Shown here: positions 33,126 through 47,073 of the stretch, piece by piece | Numbering within the stretch: the first letter of the stretch is position 1 | Layout of the letters: the number at the start of each line of letters is the position of its first letter | Origin: an uncultured Acidobacteriota bacterium | Lineage (GTDB): Bacteria > Acidobacteriota > UBA6911 | DNA: 64,000 nt | Assembly: GCA_963843575.1 (NCBI GenBank) | Contig: CAWJKZ010000013.1 | Location: 608,001 to 672,000, forward strand | Direction of reading: 5' to 3' | Notes under the pieces: generated by a model | Databases searched by the model: none | What the model saw: only the letters and a program-made list of their open reading frames with translations | What the model was told of the DNA's origin: nothing | Position numbers and translations under genes: made by a program

Positions 33126-33159
33126 GCGGCCGGCCGCGGCTCCGGACAGGCTCCCAGGC

Positions 33160-34257
33160 GTGCGGGTACTCAGACTCCGGGTTTTTCACTATCGCAATCT
33201 CCATGACGCCGAGATCGAGTTCTCTCCGGGCGCCAACGTCTTCGTCGGACGCAACGGCCAGGGCAAAACCAACCTCCTCGACGGCTATCTACCTGCTCGG
33301 CTACGGCAAAAGCTTCCGCACCGCCAATCCACGCGAGTGCATCCGCCACGGCCAGGAGGAATGTCGCGTCGAAGGGACGGTCGAACAGGGCACCGTGAGC
33401 GCGCACCCTGCAGGTCCGGATCACCGGGACCGAGAAAAAGCTGCTGATCCACGGCAAACCGGCGCCGCTCGAGGAGCTTCTTCGGCAGCCTGCACGTGTC
33501 CGCCTTCACAAGCGGGCACCTGGATATCGTCCGCGGCGCGCCGGCCGAACGCAGGGCCTTCCTGGATCGCGCGATGATCACCCTCTACCCTGGCCACGTG
33601 CGCCGCCTCGCGACCTACGGGCGTGCGCTCAAGCAGCGCAACCGGCTGCTGGCCGACGGACGCGACCGCGGCGGCCCGGTCGACGAGGCCTGCTCGGCAC
33701 CTGGGACGAAACCCTGGTGCGCGAAGGCTCGCGTGTAATCCGCGACCGCGGCGCGTACGTCAGCGCATGAAGGATGAATTGCCGGAGGGAATCTTCGGCG
33801 CCGAGTCGCTCAAGTTCCACTACCTCTCCGCGCTGCGCGCGCACTCGCGGACACCGCCGAGATCGAGGAACGGTTCCGCGCGCGCCTGGCCTGGAGGCGC
33901 GCGCGCAGGACCTGCGGCTGGGATTCACCACCGTCGGGCCTCACCGCGACGACCTCAAGACTGTTCCTCAACGGCAAACCGCTCGCCCAGTTCGGTTCGG
34001 CCGGACAGCAGCGCAGCAGCCTCCTGTCGCTTTATTTCTCGCAGATGGAGATCCACCGCAAGTTGCACGGGTTCTACCCGGTCTTCCTCGTCGACGACGT
34101 CGAGGCCGAACTCGACGACGCGCGCCTGCGCTCCTTCGTCCAGTACCTCTCCGACCGGACCCAGACCTTCCTGACCACCGCAAAGGAGAGCCTCGTTCCG
34201 GAGGCGTCCGGCGCAGTGAGACACTTCAGAATCACCGATGGCATCGTCTCGGGCTGA
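33160..34257 (+). CDS. recF: DNA replication/repair protein RecF (multiple frameshifts)
   Basis: [58 protein letters not shown] spread across frames. Confidence 0.9.
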
Positions 34258-34416
34258 GTCACGCGCAGGCCCTCGGACGCTTCGCATTCTGCCCGCTCGG
34301 CCTCCATCATCCCGAGCGCACCGCGGGATCTAGGTGCATCAGGGTAAACCGAACATTTCAAATGATTTGACACCGCCGTCAGAGCACAAAAAACTCCTCA
34401 GTTTTGACCCGGTTTG

Positions 34417-34425
34417 TGGTATAAT
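34417..34425 (+). promoter_or_regulatory. Extended -10 promoter (TGGTATAAT) for gyrB-gyrA
   Basis: TG-n-TATAAT in the AT-rich recF-gyrB spacer. Confidence 0.55.
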
Positions 34426-34526
34426 TTTCCGGTCGTTTGGCAGTCAAATAACTCCTTGGAAATAAAACGCTTATTTCCATTCTGTTGAGGTGGGCGGGCG
34501 GAGCAAGAAACGCACCGCCGCGATAG

Positions 34527-37010
<2,484 letters not shown>

Positions 37011-37019
37011 TCCCGCACC

Positions 37020-39473
37020 ATGAACGAAGCCTTGGAACAGATCCCGGTCAACATCATCGACGAGATGCGCAAGTCCTACCTGGACTATGCGATGAGCGTC
37101 ATCATCGGCAGGGCCCTGCCCGATGCGCGCGACGGGCTGAAGCCCGTCCACCGGCGCGTGCTCTTCGCGATGAACGACCTGGGCAACACCTACAACAAGG
37201 CCTACAAGAAGTCGGCGCGCATCGTCGGCGACGTCATCGGCAAGTACCATCCGCACGGGGAGAGCGCGGTCTACGACACGATCGTGCGCCTGGTGCAGGA
37301 CTTCTCGATCCGCTACCCGCTGATCGACGGGCAGGGGAATTTCGGGTCCGTCGACGGCGACAATGCGGCGGCGATGCGCTACACCGAGGTGCGCATGGCG
37401 CGGCTCGCCGACGAAATGCTGGCCGACATCGACAAGGAGACGGTCGACTTCGGCCCGAACTACGACGATTCGCTCAAGGAGCCGCTGGTCCTGCCCGCGA
37501 AGTTCCCCAACCTGCTGGTGAACGGCTCCTCCGGCATCGCCGTCGGGATGGCGACCAACGTGCCGCCGCACAACCTGCGCGAGATCATCGCCGCCACCAT
37601 TCTGCTGATCGAGAAGCCCGACGCGACCCTGGACGACCTGATGGCGCTGGTGCCCGGCCCCGATTTCCCGACCGCGGGCTTCATTTACGGCCGCGGCGGA
37701 ATCCGCGCGGCCTACCAGACCGGCCGCGGCATCGTCGTCATGCGCGCGCGGGCGGCGATCGAAAAGATGTCCCGCGACCGCGAAGCCATCATCGTCACGG
37801 AAATCCCCTACCAGACCAACAAGGCGAGGCTGATCGAGCGCATCGCCGAGCTGGTGCGGGACAAAAAGCTCGAGGGGGTCAGCGACCTGCGCGACGAATC
37901 CGACCGCGAGGGGATGCGCATCGTGATCGAGCTCAAGAGAGACGAGCCGGCCCAGGTCGTCCTCAACAACCTCTACAAGCTCACCCCGATGCAGTCGAGC
38001 TTCGGCATCATCCTGCTCGCTATCGTCAACAACCAGCCGCGCGTCCTGACTCTGCGCGAGGCACTCGACTGCTTCATCGAGCACCGCAAGGACGTCGTGC
38101 GCCGGCGCACCATCTTCGAACTGCGCAAGGCCGAGGCGCGCGCCCACATCCTCGAAGGGCTCAAGCGCGCCCTGGACATGCTCGACGCCGATCATCGCGC
38201 TGATCCGGGCCTCCAAGGAGCCCGCCGTCGCCAAGCAGGGTCTGATGGCCCAGTTCCAGTTCAGCGCCGAACAGGCCCAGGCCATCCTGGACATGCGGCT
38301 GCAGCGCCTGACCGGCCTGGAGCGCGAGAAAATCGTCCAGGAGTACGAGGAGATGCTCAAGCTGATCGCGCGGCTCAAGGAGATCCTGGCCAGCGAAAAG
38401 GTGCTCGAGGGGGTCATCATCGAGGAGCTGAGGGAGCTGGAGAAGAACTACGGCGACGAGCGGCGCACCGAGATCGTCGACGAGGAGGTCGAGATCACCC
38501 TCGAGGACCTCATCGCCGACGAGGACGTCGTCATCACGGTGACGCACTCCGGCTACATCAAGCGGACCAGCGCCTCGCTCTACCACAGCCAGGGGCGCGG
38601 CGGCAAGGGCCGGATCGGGATGACGACGCCGCGACGAGGACTTCATCGACCACGTCTTCGTCGCCTCCACCCACAGCTATCTGCTGATATTCACCAACCG
38701 CGGACAGGTCTACTGGCTCAAGGTCTACGAGATCCCGGACGTCGGCACGGCCGGCAAAGGGAAGGCCATCGTCAACCTCGTCAACCTGTCGAAGGACGAG
38801 AAGATCGCGGACATCATCTCGGTCAAGGACTTCGAGAGCGAGCGCTACGTCATGATGGCGACGCGCAACGGCATCGTGAAGAAGACCGCGCTGGCCGAGT
38901 ATTCCAACCCGCGCAGCGCCGGCATCATCGCCATCCACGTCCCGGAGGACGACGAGCTCATCGGTTGCCAGCTCACCGACGGCTCCTACGACGTCCTGCT
39001 GGCGACCCACCGCGGCAAGGCGATCCGCTTCTCGGAGAGCGACGTGCGCGACATGGGAAGGACCGCGCGCGGGGTCATCGGCATCCGGCTGGCCGAAGAC
39101 GATCACGTGGTCGCGATGTCGACGCTTAAGGGGGAGGGCCATTTCCTGACCGTCACCGAGAAAGGCTTCGGCAAGCGCACCGCCGTCGACGAATACCCGC
39201 GCCAGGGGCGCGGCGGCATGGGAGTCATCAACGTCAGGGTCGGCGCGAAGAACGGCAACGTCGTCAACACCTGCCATGTGCGCGAAGACTCGTCCGTCAT
39301 GCTCATCACCGCGCAGGGAAAGCTCATCCAGATCAACGTCGAGGACATCCGCAATACTCAGACCCGGGCCGCGGTCGGGGTGAAGTGCATCGAGCCTGGA
39401 CGAGGGCGATTACGTCGCGAGCGTCACGGTCGTCGCCGCCGAGGAGACGGCGCCCGAAGGAGAAACGGAGTGA
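37020..39473 (+). CDS. gyrA: DNA gyrase subunit A (frameshifts ~38190, ~38630, ~39395)
   Basis: [32 protein letters not shown], GyrA-box QGRGGKG; acidic tail ending TGA at 39473. Confidence 0.95.
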
Positions 39474-40327
39474 GGCGCGCGGCTGCGGTGCTTCTGCTCG
39501 GGCTCTTTCTCGGCCTGACCGCCTGCAATTCCAGCTCGCACCAGATGCTCGAGCTCGCCGAGGCGCGCTGGCGCGAAGGCAACTACGACGACGCCATCCG
39601 GCTGAACACGCTGCTGTACAAGCGCGACCGCGAAGGCAAGTTCGGCGCGCAGGCACTGCTCAACATCGGGAACATCTACTACCTGAACCTGAGAAAGCTC
39701 AAGGACGCCGTCGAAAACTACACGAGGCTGGTCGAGGAGTTCCCGGACCGCCCCGAAGCATACAAGGCGCGCCTGCAGCTGGCTGCTATCTACGCCAACG
39801 AGATCGGCGACCTCAACCAGGCGATCTCCGAATACGACAAGATACTGACGTGGCCCCAACTCGAGAACCGGCAGGAGATCGAGTTTCAGCGCGCCAACAC
39901 CTTCTTCCGCAAAGACGACTACACCGGCGCGCTGCGCGAGTTGCGCCGCATCGAGGAGAGCGGTCTCACCGGGCACCTCGCCGACCAGGTCGCGCTGAAG
40001 ATCGGCAACATCTACCAGATCCAGAACCGCTACGACGACGCCGTCGCCATGTTCCAGCGGGTGTCGGCCTCCCCCTGCATCGAATGCCGCCGCCGCGCGA
40101 TCGTGCACCTCATGGAAAGCTACGAGGCGCAACGCGATTTCGACCGCGCAATCGAGGCCATCCGCAAGCTGGACTCTCCGGAAAACGACGTGCGCGTCGC
40201 CCGCGAGGTGACACGGCTGAGCGAACGCCGCAACCAAGTCGGGTCTGGCACGGTCTTGGACTGGGCCGCCGCCCGTGCGACCCCGGCGCGCCGCGCGCGG
40301 CTGCCGCGCGCACGCCGTTCCAGGTGA
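39470..40327 (+). CDS. TPR-repeat lipoprotein
   Basis: GTG overlaps the gyrA stop (GTGA); lipobox LTAC; TPRs (QALLNIGNIYY, ARLQLAAIY, VALKIGNIY). Confidence 0.8.
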   Translation: MRRAAAVLLLGLFLGLTACNSSSHQMLELAEARWREGNYDDAIRLNTLLYKRDREGKFGAQALLNIGNIYYLNLRKLKDAVENYTRLVEEFPDRPEAYKARLQLAAIYANEIGDLNQAISEYDKILTWPQLENRQEIEFQRANTFFRKDDYTGALRELRRIEESGLTGHLADQVALKIGNIYQIQNRYDDAVAMFQRVSASPCIECRRRAIVHLMESYEAQRDFDRAIEAIRKLDSPENDVRVAREVTRLSERRNQVGSGTVLDWAAARATPARRARLPRARRSR

Positions 40328-40446
40328 GCTCCGACCGCCGGTCGCGAGGGGGACCTTCCCTCGGGCTAACTTCCTGAAGCATTTGGCCTTGACTCCGATG
40401 AGCCGGAGGCGTACTTTAACCGCTTGTCCGTAAGGAGGTGTTTAGC

Positions 40447-40644
40447 TTGGCGGAAGTCATTCTGAATGAAGGTGAGTCGCTCGAAAGCGCACTGCGGCGC
40501 TTCAAGCGCAAGGTTCAGCAGGAAGACATCATCAAGGATGTCAAGAAGCATTCCTTCTATTTGAAACCTGGCGAGAAGAAGCGCATCAAGCAGGCCTTGG
40601 CGCGCAAACGCCTCCGCAAGAAGATGCGGAACCTGCGCGGATAG
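40447..40644 (+). CDS. rpsU: 30S ribosomal protein S21
   Basis: GESLESALRRFKRKV...YLKPGEKKR; TTG start after AAGGAGG. Confidence 0.95.
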   Translation: MAEVILNEGESLESALRRFKRKVQQEDIIKDVKKHSFYLKPGEKKRIKQALARKRLRKKMRNLRG

Positions 40645-40807
40645 CCGGCCGGCAGGCTTTCCCCGTCGTCGACCGCCACACCGCAGACCACGGGCTGCGG
40701 CGCATTCTGTGGAAAGCAAGCAGTTCGTAAGCGGCAAGCTATCGTTTCCACGACCCCCGTCGCAGGGGTTACGGGCAACGATAGCTTTTCTCTTTTTGGG
40801 CACATCG

Positions 40808-42112
40808 ATGCGCGCCGTTGACCTGATACGGAAGAAGCGCGATGGCGGTGAACTCTCCCCGGAAGATATCGCCTTCGTCGTCGACGGATGCTGTAGCGGC
40901 GACATCCCCGACTATCAGATCTCGGCGTTCCTGATGGCCGTGTTTTTCCGCGGCATGACGGAACGTGAAATGGTCGCGCTCACGGAGCGGATGCGCACCT
41001 CGGGCGAGACGATGGACCTGAGCAGCCTGCCCGCCCTGAAGGTCGACAAGCACTCTACCGGAGGCGTAGGGGACAAGACGTCCCTGGTGATCGCACCCGC
41101 CGTGGCCGCTGCCGGTCTGATCGTGCCGATGATTTCCGGTCGCGGGCTCGGCCACACCGGCGGGACCCTGGACAAGCTCGAGTCCATCCCCGGCTTCCAG
41201 GTGGCGCTGAGCGGGGCGAGGTTCAAGGAGATCCTGTCTGCCACAGGCATCGCTATGATCGGGCAGACGGCGGACTTGGTCCCGGCCGACCGCAAGCTAT
41301 ATGCGCTGCGCGACGTGACGTCGACTATCGACAGCCTCCCGCTGATTACCGCGAGCATCATGAGCAAGAAGCTGGCGGAAGGGATTGACGGCCTGGTGCT
41401 CGACGTCAAGACGGGCAGCGGCGCCTTCATGAAGACGGAGGAGGAAGCCGAGGCGCTCGCTCGGGCGATGGTCGGGGTCGGCCGCTCCTGCGGCAAGAGG
41501 GTGAGGGCGCTGGTGACCGATATGAACCAGCCGCTGGGAGAGTGGGTGGGCAACGCGCTGGAAGTGGTCGAGGCGCTCGAAGTCCTGAAGGGGGGCGGGC
41601 CGGAGGACACGCGCGCGCTGTGCGAGGAGCTGTCGGCCCACTGCATGGTGTTGGGGGAGGCGGCCCCGTCCCTGGCCCTCGGCCGGACGCTTTACCGCGA
41701 GGTGATCGGTTCCGGCCGGGCCCTCGGGCGTTTCCGGGATATGGTGGCGGCGCAGGGGGGCGACCCGTCCGTGGTCGACGACTACTCCGTCCTGCCGCGG
41801 GCGCGGAAGACCGCACAGGTGCCGTCGCCCGCTTCCGGGTTCGTCGAGGCGATCGACACGGAGGCCCTGGGCCGGGCCGCGGGCGTCCTCGGCGCCGGGC
41901 GCGCGACCGTCCAGTCGCCCATCGACCCTGCGGTCGGATTACAGGTTCACAAGAAGATCGGCGATGCCGTCGGGCGCGGCGAAGCGCTCTGCACGGTGCT
42001 GTACAACGACGACGAGCTCGGCCGCGAGGCTTGCCGGCGCGTCCTCGAGTGCTACAGGATAGCTCCGGTGCAGCCCGCCCGGCCGGTGCTGATCAGAAAG
42101 ACCGTGTCCTAG
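40808..42112 (+). CDS. pdp: Pyrimidine-nucleoside / thymidine phosphorylase
   Basis: IRKKRDG, DYQISA, DKHSTGGVGDK, SGRGLGHTGGT, LYALRDVT, SIMSKK, GAFMK. Confidence 0.95.
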   Translation: MRAVDLIRKKRDGGELSPEDIAFVVDGCCSGDIPDYQISAFLMAVFFRGMTEREMVALTERMRTSGETMDLSSLPALKVDKHSTGGVGDKTSLVIAPAVAAAGLIVPMISGRGLGHTGGTLDKLESIPGFQVALSGARFKEILSATGIAMIGQTADLVPADRKLYALRDVTSTIDSLPLITASIMSKKLAEGIDGLVLDVKTGSGAFMKTEEEAEALARAMVGVGRSCGKRVRALVTDMNQPLGEWVGNALEVVEALEVLKGGGPEDTRALCEELSAHCMVLGEAAPSLALGRTLYREVIGSGRALGRFRDMVAAQGGDPSVVDDYSVLPRARKTAQVPSPASGFVEAIDTEALGRAAGVLGAGRATVQSPIDPAVGLQVHKKIGDAVGRGEALCTVLYNDDELGREACRRVLECYRIAPVQPARPVLIRKTVS

Positions 42113-42232
42113 CGCGGCGGTTTTGCGCCTGGCACGAATCATGCAGGTGGTGGTGAAAACTGCATGTCGTCGGAGAGCCTCTCGAAGGCCGACCTCGGAA
42201 GCTCCGGCCATCTCGAGGAGCGAGGAGCCCCC

Positions 42233-43081
42233 GTGTACACGAACCTGCAGGAGACCGTATCCGCCGTCCTCATGCGCCACGCCCGGCCGCCCGCCGTGGG
42301 ATTGATCCTCGGCTCGGGTCTGGGCGCCTTTGCCGACACCCTCGAAAACCGCACCGTCGTCGCGTTCGACGAGTTGCCGCACTTCCCGCGCTCGACTGTG
42401 GCGGGGCACCCCGGCAGGCTGGTGCTCGGCATGTGGGCCGGCGTGCCCATTGCGGCGTTGCAGGGGAGGGTACACCATTACGAGGGCTACACGACGGCGG
42501 AAGTTGCCTACCCGGTGCGCGTGCTCGGCTGCCTCGGGGTGCGCCAGCTCATCGTCACCAACGCGGCCGGCGGGGTGAACACGTCCTTCCGCCCCGGCGA
42601 CCTGATGCTGATCACCGATCACCTCAACCTTACGGGCGGCAACCCCCTGATCGGCCCGAACATCGAGGAGCTGGGAGTACGCTTCCCCGACATGAGCGAG
42701 GCGTACAATAAAGAGATGCGCACCGTCGCGCTGCGTTCCGCCGGACGACTTGGTATTGAGATGCGCCAGGGCGTCTATGTCGGTCTCGCCGGGCCCAGCT
42801 ATGAGACGCCCGCCGAGATCCGGATGTGCCGCGCCCTCGGCGCCGACGCCGTCGGAATGTCGACGATAGCCGAGGTGATCGCGGCCAATCACATGGGGGT
42901 CCGGGTGCTGGGCATCTCCTGCATCACCAACATGGCCGCGGGGATCCTCCCCCGCAAGTTGACCCACGGCGAGGTGATTGAGACGACCGAGCGGGTTCAG
43001 AAGCAGTTCATCGCGCTGCTGCAGGAAATCGTGCCGCAACTCCCGGCCCTGATCAGCGCCGGCTCAGGCGAACGGCCATGA
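42233..43081 (+). CDS. punA: Purine-nucleoside phosphorylase (trimeric PNP type)
   Basis: ILGSGLG, GRVHHYEG, TNAAGG, GPSYETPAE, AVGMST, ITNMAAG. Confidence 0.95.
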   Translation: MYTNLQETVSAVLMRHARPPAVGLILGSGLGAFADTLENRTVVAFDELPHFPRSTVAGHPGRLVLGMWAGVPIAALQGRVHHYEGYTTAEVAYPVRVLGCLGVRQLIVTNAAGGVNTSFRPGDLMLITDHLNLTGGNPLIGPNIEELGVRFPDMSEAYNKEMRTVALRSAGRLGIEMRQGVYVGLAGPSYETPAEIRMCRALGADAVGMSTIAEVIAANHMGVRVLGISCITNMAAGILPRKLTHGEVIETTERVQKQFIALLQEIVPQLPALISAGSGERP

Positions 43082-43506
43082 GAATCTCCGAGTTGGTGGG
43101 TGAGGCGCGCCGGTACCGGGACAATGCGCGGGCGTCGCATTCGGGATTCGCGGTGGGGGCGGCGCTGCAGTGCCGCGGCGGCAAGGTTTACGGAGGCTGC
43201 AACATCGAGAACGCCACGTACGGGTTGACGGTCTGTGCGGAGCGCGTCGCGGTGTGGAAGGCGGTGTCGGAGGGGGAAACCGTCTTCCGGCGCATCGCGA
43301 TCGTGGCCGACACCGAAGACCTGACTCCCCCATGCGGGCCCTGCAGGCAGATCCTGTGGGAGTTTTGCGGCGACCTGGAAGTGATTCTGTCCAACTTGAA
43401 GGGCCGGAGGAACGCCTACAGGCTCAAGGACCTCTTCCCCCTGCCATTCGACAGCCGTTTCCTCGACGACGGCGCCCGGAAGGGCGCCCTCAACCCCCGG
43501 GTGTGA
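43078..43506 (+). CDS. cdd: Cytidine deaminase (tetrameric type)
   Basis: FAVGAAL, GCNIEN, CAERVA, PCGPCRQ, LPF. Confidence 0.95.
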   Translation: MRISELVGEARRYRDNARASHSGFAVGAALQCRGGKVYGGCNIENATYGLTVCAERVAVWKAVSEGETVFRRIAIVADTEDLTPPCGPCRQILWEFCGDLEVILSNLKGRRNAYRLKDLFPLPFDSRFLDDGARKGALNPRV

Positions 43507-45005
43507 CCTTGCCTTCGTCCCAACGCACCGCAGAGGCGCGGATAGCCCGCCCGCAGACCTTGAAGGGTGTACCCCGCGGCCACGGCGCCGCTCCGCCGGT
43601 TCTTCGCGGACTTTGGCGCGGCTTGATCCTCCTGAGCGCGTTCGGTACCGCGCTGGCAGCCCTGCCAGGCGCCCGGGCAAAGGACAAGGCGGACATCCTC
43701 GTCAGCGGGGCCACGGTCGTCACCCTCGACGGTGCGGGCCGGATCCTCCAGGATGGTGCGATCGCTGTCACAGGGCAGCGCATCATCGCGCTCGGCCCCT
43801 CGGCCGAGCTGCGGGCGCGTTACGCCGCTTCCCGCACCATCGACGGCCGCGGCCAGATCGCAATGCCCGGCCTCGTCAACGGGCACAACCACGCCCCGAT
43901 GGTCCTGTTCAGGGGAATCGCGGACGACCTCGCCCTGATGGAATGGCTGCAGAAGTACATCTTTCCCGCCGAGGCGAAAAACGTCACGCCCGAATTCGTC
44001 GAGTGGGGGACGCTCCTGGCCTGCCTCGAGATGATCCGGTCGGGCACCACCACCTATGCGGACATGTACTATTTCGAGGATCGGGTGGCGGAAGCGACGG
44101 CACGGGCGGGACTGCGCGCCATCCTGGGGGAAACCATCATCCAGTTCCCCGTCCCGGACCACAAAACGCCCGAGGAGGCGCTCGCCTACACCGAAGCCTT
44201 CATCCGGCGCTGGAAAGGTCACCCGCGGATCGTCCCGGCCGTGGCCCCGCACGCCCCGTACACGAATTCGACGGAATCCCTGAGGGCGTGCAAGGCGCTG
44301 GCGGACAAGTACGGCGTCCCGCTGACCATACACGTCTCCGAGACGCAGGACGAAGTCGACGAGATCCGCCGGGAGCACGACGCGACCTCGACCGAGTGGC
44401 TCGAGAAGCTCGGCATCCTCGGCCCCGGCGTGATTTTCAACCACGGGGTCTGGCTCACCGAGAGGGACATGGCGCTTCTGCGCCAGCACGGCGTCAGCGT
44501 GATCCACAATCCGGAGAGCAACATGAAGCTCGCATCTGGCGTCGCGCCGATCGCGCGCATGCTGGCGCTCGGCATCGAGGTCGGGCTTGGAACGGACGGC
44601 GCGGCCAGCAACAACGATCTCGACATGTTCGAAGCGATGGACTTCGCGGCCAAGCTGCAGAAGCTCGCGGGGAAAGACCCCACACTGCTGCCGGCCCGGC
44701 AGGTGGTGGAGATGGCGACGATCGGAGGGGCACGCGCTCTGAAGCTGGACAAAGAGACGGGCTCGCTCGAACCGGGCAAGAGAGCCGATTTCATCCTCGT
44801 GGACACCTTGGGCGCCCACGCCACCCCCATGTACAACGTCTACTCGCACCTGGCGTATGCGCTGAAAGCCGCGGACGTCCGGACCATGGTTGTCGACGGC
44901 AGGATCCTGATGCTGCAGGGCCGCGTCCTGACCCTGGACGAAGCAGGCATCCGGGCGAAGGCGCGCGAGCTGCAAGCGAGGATCAAAACGACTCTTGCGA
45001 AATAA
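43503..45005 (+). CDS. MtaD/Tm0936-like nucleoside deaminase (amidohydrolase) with predicted signal peptide
   Basis: [55 protein letters not shown]; N-terminal [21 protein letters not shown]. Start uncertain. Confidence 0.85.
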   Translation: MTLPSSQRTAEARIARPQTLKGVPRGHGAAPPVLRGLWRGLILLSAFGTALAALPGARAKDKADILVSGATVVTLDGAGRILQDGAIAVTGQRIIALGPSAELRARYAASRTIDGRGQIAMPGLVNGHNHAPMVLFRGIADDLALMEWLQKYIFPAEAKNVTPEFVEWGTLLACLEMIRSGTTTYADMYYFEDRVAEATARAGLRAILGETIIQFPVPDHKTPEEALAYTEAFIRRWKGHPRIVPAVAPHAPYTNSTESLRACKALADKYGVPLTIHVSETQDEVDEIRREHDATSTEWLEKLGILGPGVIFNHGVWLTERDMALLRQHGVSVIHNPESNMKLASGVAPIARMLALGIEVGLGTDGAASNNDLDMFEAMDFAAKLQKLAGKDPTLLPARQVVEMATIGGARALKLDKETGSLEPGKRADFILVDTLGAHATPMYNVYSHLAYALKAADVRTMVVDGRILMLQGRVLTLDEAGIRAKARELQARIKTTLAK

Positions 45006-45012
45006 GGCGGCC

Positions 45013-46182
45013 ATGCCCCGATTTGACAGAGTGATCCTGATCGTCCTCGACAGCGTGGGCATCGGGGAGATGCCCGACGCCGGCGCCTGGGGCGATGCGG
45101 GGAGCGACACGCTCGGCCACGTGATCGATCGCGAAAAACCGGCGCTGCCCACCCTGCGGCGTCTCGGGCTTGCCAACATCCGCCCTTTCAAGGAGTTGCC
45201 CGTCCCGCCGGCAGTGTGCGGCTCCTATGGAAAGGCGGCGATCTTTTCGAACGGGAAGGATACTACCGTCGGGCACTGGGAAATGGCCGGCCTGATCACA
45301 CCCGTACCGTTCCCGACGTACCCGCGAGGCTTCCCTGCGCACATCCTCGACCCGTTCCGGCGAGCTATCGGCCGCGACGTCCTCGGCAACAAGACGGCAT
45401 CGGGCACCGAGATCATCAAGGAGCTGGGTGAAGAGCACATGCGGACGGGAAAGCCGATCGTCTACACGTCGGCGGACTCGGTCTTCCAGATCGCGGCCCA
45501 CGAAGAGGTGATCCCCCTGGACGAGCAGTACCGCATCTGCCTCGTCGCCCGCGACCTGCTTCAGGGCGCCGACCGGGTTGCGCGCGTCATCGCCCGTCCT
45601 TTCATCGGTGCGCCCGGCTCCTTCCAGCGCACCGGCCACCGCAGGGACTTCGCCATCCCGCCGCCCAGCACGACGCTCCTCGACTACCTGAAAGAAAGGG
45701 GGCTAGCGTCGGTCGGCGTTGGCAAGATCGCCTCGATTTTCGATTACCGGGGGCTCACCCGGATCCTCGAAGCCCACGACAACCGCGAGTCGGTGGACCA
45801 GACCCTGTGCGCGCTCGCCGGGACTGACCGCGGGTTGATCTTCGTCAACCTGGTCGATTTCGACATGCTCTGGGGGCATCGCAACGACCCGGCCGGGTAT
45901 GCGGGAGGGCTGGAGGAATTCGACCGCCGACTGCCGGAAGTGATGGACGCCCTGAAAGGGAACGACTGCCTGATCGTGAGCGCCGACCACGGTTGCGACC
46001 CCACGACCCCCAGCACCGATCACTCTCGGGAGTACGTGCCCCTGATCGTCTACAGCCCGGGCCTACGCGGCGGGATCGACCTCGGCACCCGCGAGTCGAT
46101 GGCGGACATCGGCCAGACCATCGCCGAGAATTTCGGCTTCGGCCTGTCGCACGGGAAGTCCTTCCTCTCCGACCTCGGCTGA
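45013..46182 (+). CDS. deoB: Phosphopentomutase
   Basis: [69 protein letters not shown]. Confidence 0.97.
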   Translation: MPRFDRVILIVLDSVGIGEMPDAGAWGDAGSDTLGHVIDREKPALPTLRRLGLANIRPFKELPVPPAVCGSYGKAAIFSNGKDTTVGHWEMAGLITPVPFPTYPRGFPAHILDPFRRAIGRDVLGNKTASGTEIIKELGEEHMRTGKPIVYTSADSVFQIAAHEEVIPLDEQYRICLVARDLLQGADRVARVIARPFIGAPGSFQRTGHRRDFAIPPPSTTLLDYLKERGLASVGVGKIASIFDYRGLTRILEAHDNRESVDQTLCALAGTDRGLIFVNLVDFDMLWGHRNDPAGYAGGLEEFDRRLPEVMDALKGNDCLIVSADHGCDPTTPSTDHSREYVPLIVYSPGLRGGIDLGTRESMADIGQTIAENFGFGLSHGKSFLSDLG

Positions 46183-46198
46183 GACGGTTTAGCGCCAG

Positions 46199-46362
46199 GC
46201 GGGTCCGGGCTTCAGCCCGGACGCGGATTGCGGTCGCGATTGAGTGCAAACTTCACTAAATAGTGCGGATTAAAAGACGTCCGGGCTGAAGCCCGGACCC
46301 ACTTGTTTTACTGGCAGGGCGGGCGGTTCAACCGTTGGACAGCCTCTTCAGCCCGGACGCAC
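46199..46362. repeat. Composite repeat site C: GTGG-type REP doublet + MITE end + half-REP
   Basis: GTCCGGGCTTCAGCCCGGAC (46203-22), inverted GTCCGGGCTGAAGCCCGGACCCAC (46279-302), CCGTTGGACAGCCTC (46332-46), then TTCAGCCCGGACGC. Confidence 0.85.
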
Positions 46363-46379
46363 CTTGGGCGGGGCGCGTG

Positions 46380-46946
46380 TCATCTACCCGGCGGGGAGCC
46401 GAGGTTCAGGACGCAGATGTCGGGCAGGTTGCGATAGCGCTGATCATAATCCAGACCGTACCCGATGACGAAACGGTCTGGGATCTCGAAGCCCACGTAA
46501 TGCACCGCGACCTCGATCCGGCGCCGCGACGGTTTGTTCAGCAGCGCGACGATGGTCAGGGACTTCGGGCCGCGGGATTCGAGGTTCTGGATCAGATAGT
46601 GCAGGGTTAGGCCGGTGTCGAGGATGTCTTCGACCAGCAGCACGTCTTTCCCCTCGAGGCTCTCGTCCAAGTCCTTAAGGATGCGCACCTCGCCGCTGCT
46701 GAGCGTCGAGGCGCCGTAGCTGCCGACGGCGATGAAATCCAGGGTGACGCCGAGGTCGATGGCCCGCACCAGGTCCGCGTGGAAGATGCTCGCTCCTTTC
46801 AGGATAGCCACGACGTGCGGCGTCTTCCCGGCGTAATCGCGCGTGATGCTCGCGCCGAGCTCCCGGACCCGAGCTTGTATCTTCCGGGCGTCGATCAGGA
46901 CCTCGCCTACGGTTTCGTTCGGACGGTTGTACAGGTTGGCGGCCAC
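46380..46946 (-). CDS. hpt: Hypoxanthine phosphoribosyltransferase
   Basis: ILKGA, SYG, LLVEDILDTGLTL, FVIGYGLDY..YRNLP. GTG at 46946 after AGGAG. Confidence 0.95.
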   Translation of the reverse strand: MAANLYNRPNETVGEVLIDARKIQARVRELGASITRDYAGKTPHVVAILKGASIFHADLVRAIDLGVTLDFIAVGSYGASTLSSGEVRILKDLDESLEGKDVLLVEDILDTGLTLHYLIQNLESRGPKSLTIVALLNKPSRRRIEVAVHYVGFEIPDRFVIGYGLDYDQRYRNLPDICVLNLGSPPGR

Positions 46947-47073
46947 GTTTTTCTCCTGAGCAGAGGCCGTCATCTTTACCACAAACCGCGCGGGGTTGAA
47001 ACCGCGACGTGGCGTCGGAACCGCCATTGCGCTTGATGGGCTGCCCGCGATGCACTAAATTTCAGTCTCGACT

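Noticed and set aside
38852-40327. Apparent GyrA CTD-TPR fusion
   Set aside because: An indel near 39395; gyrA ends at 39473 and the lipoprotein starts at 39470.
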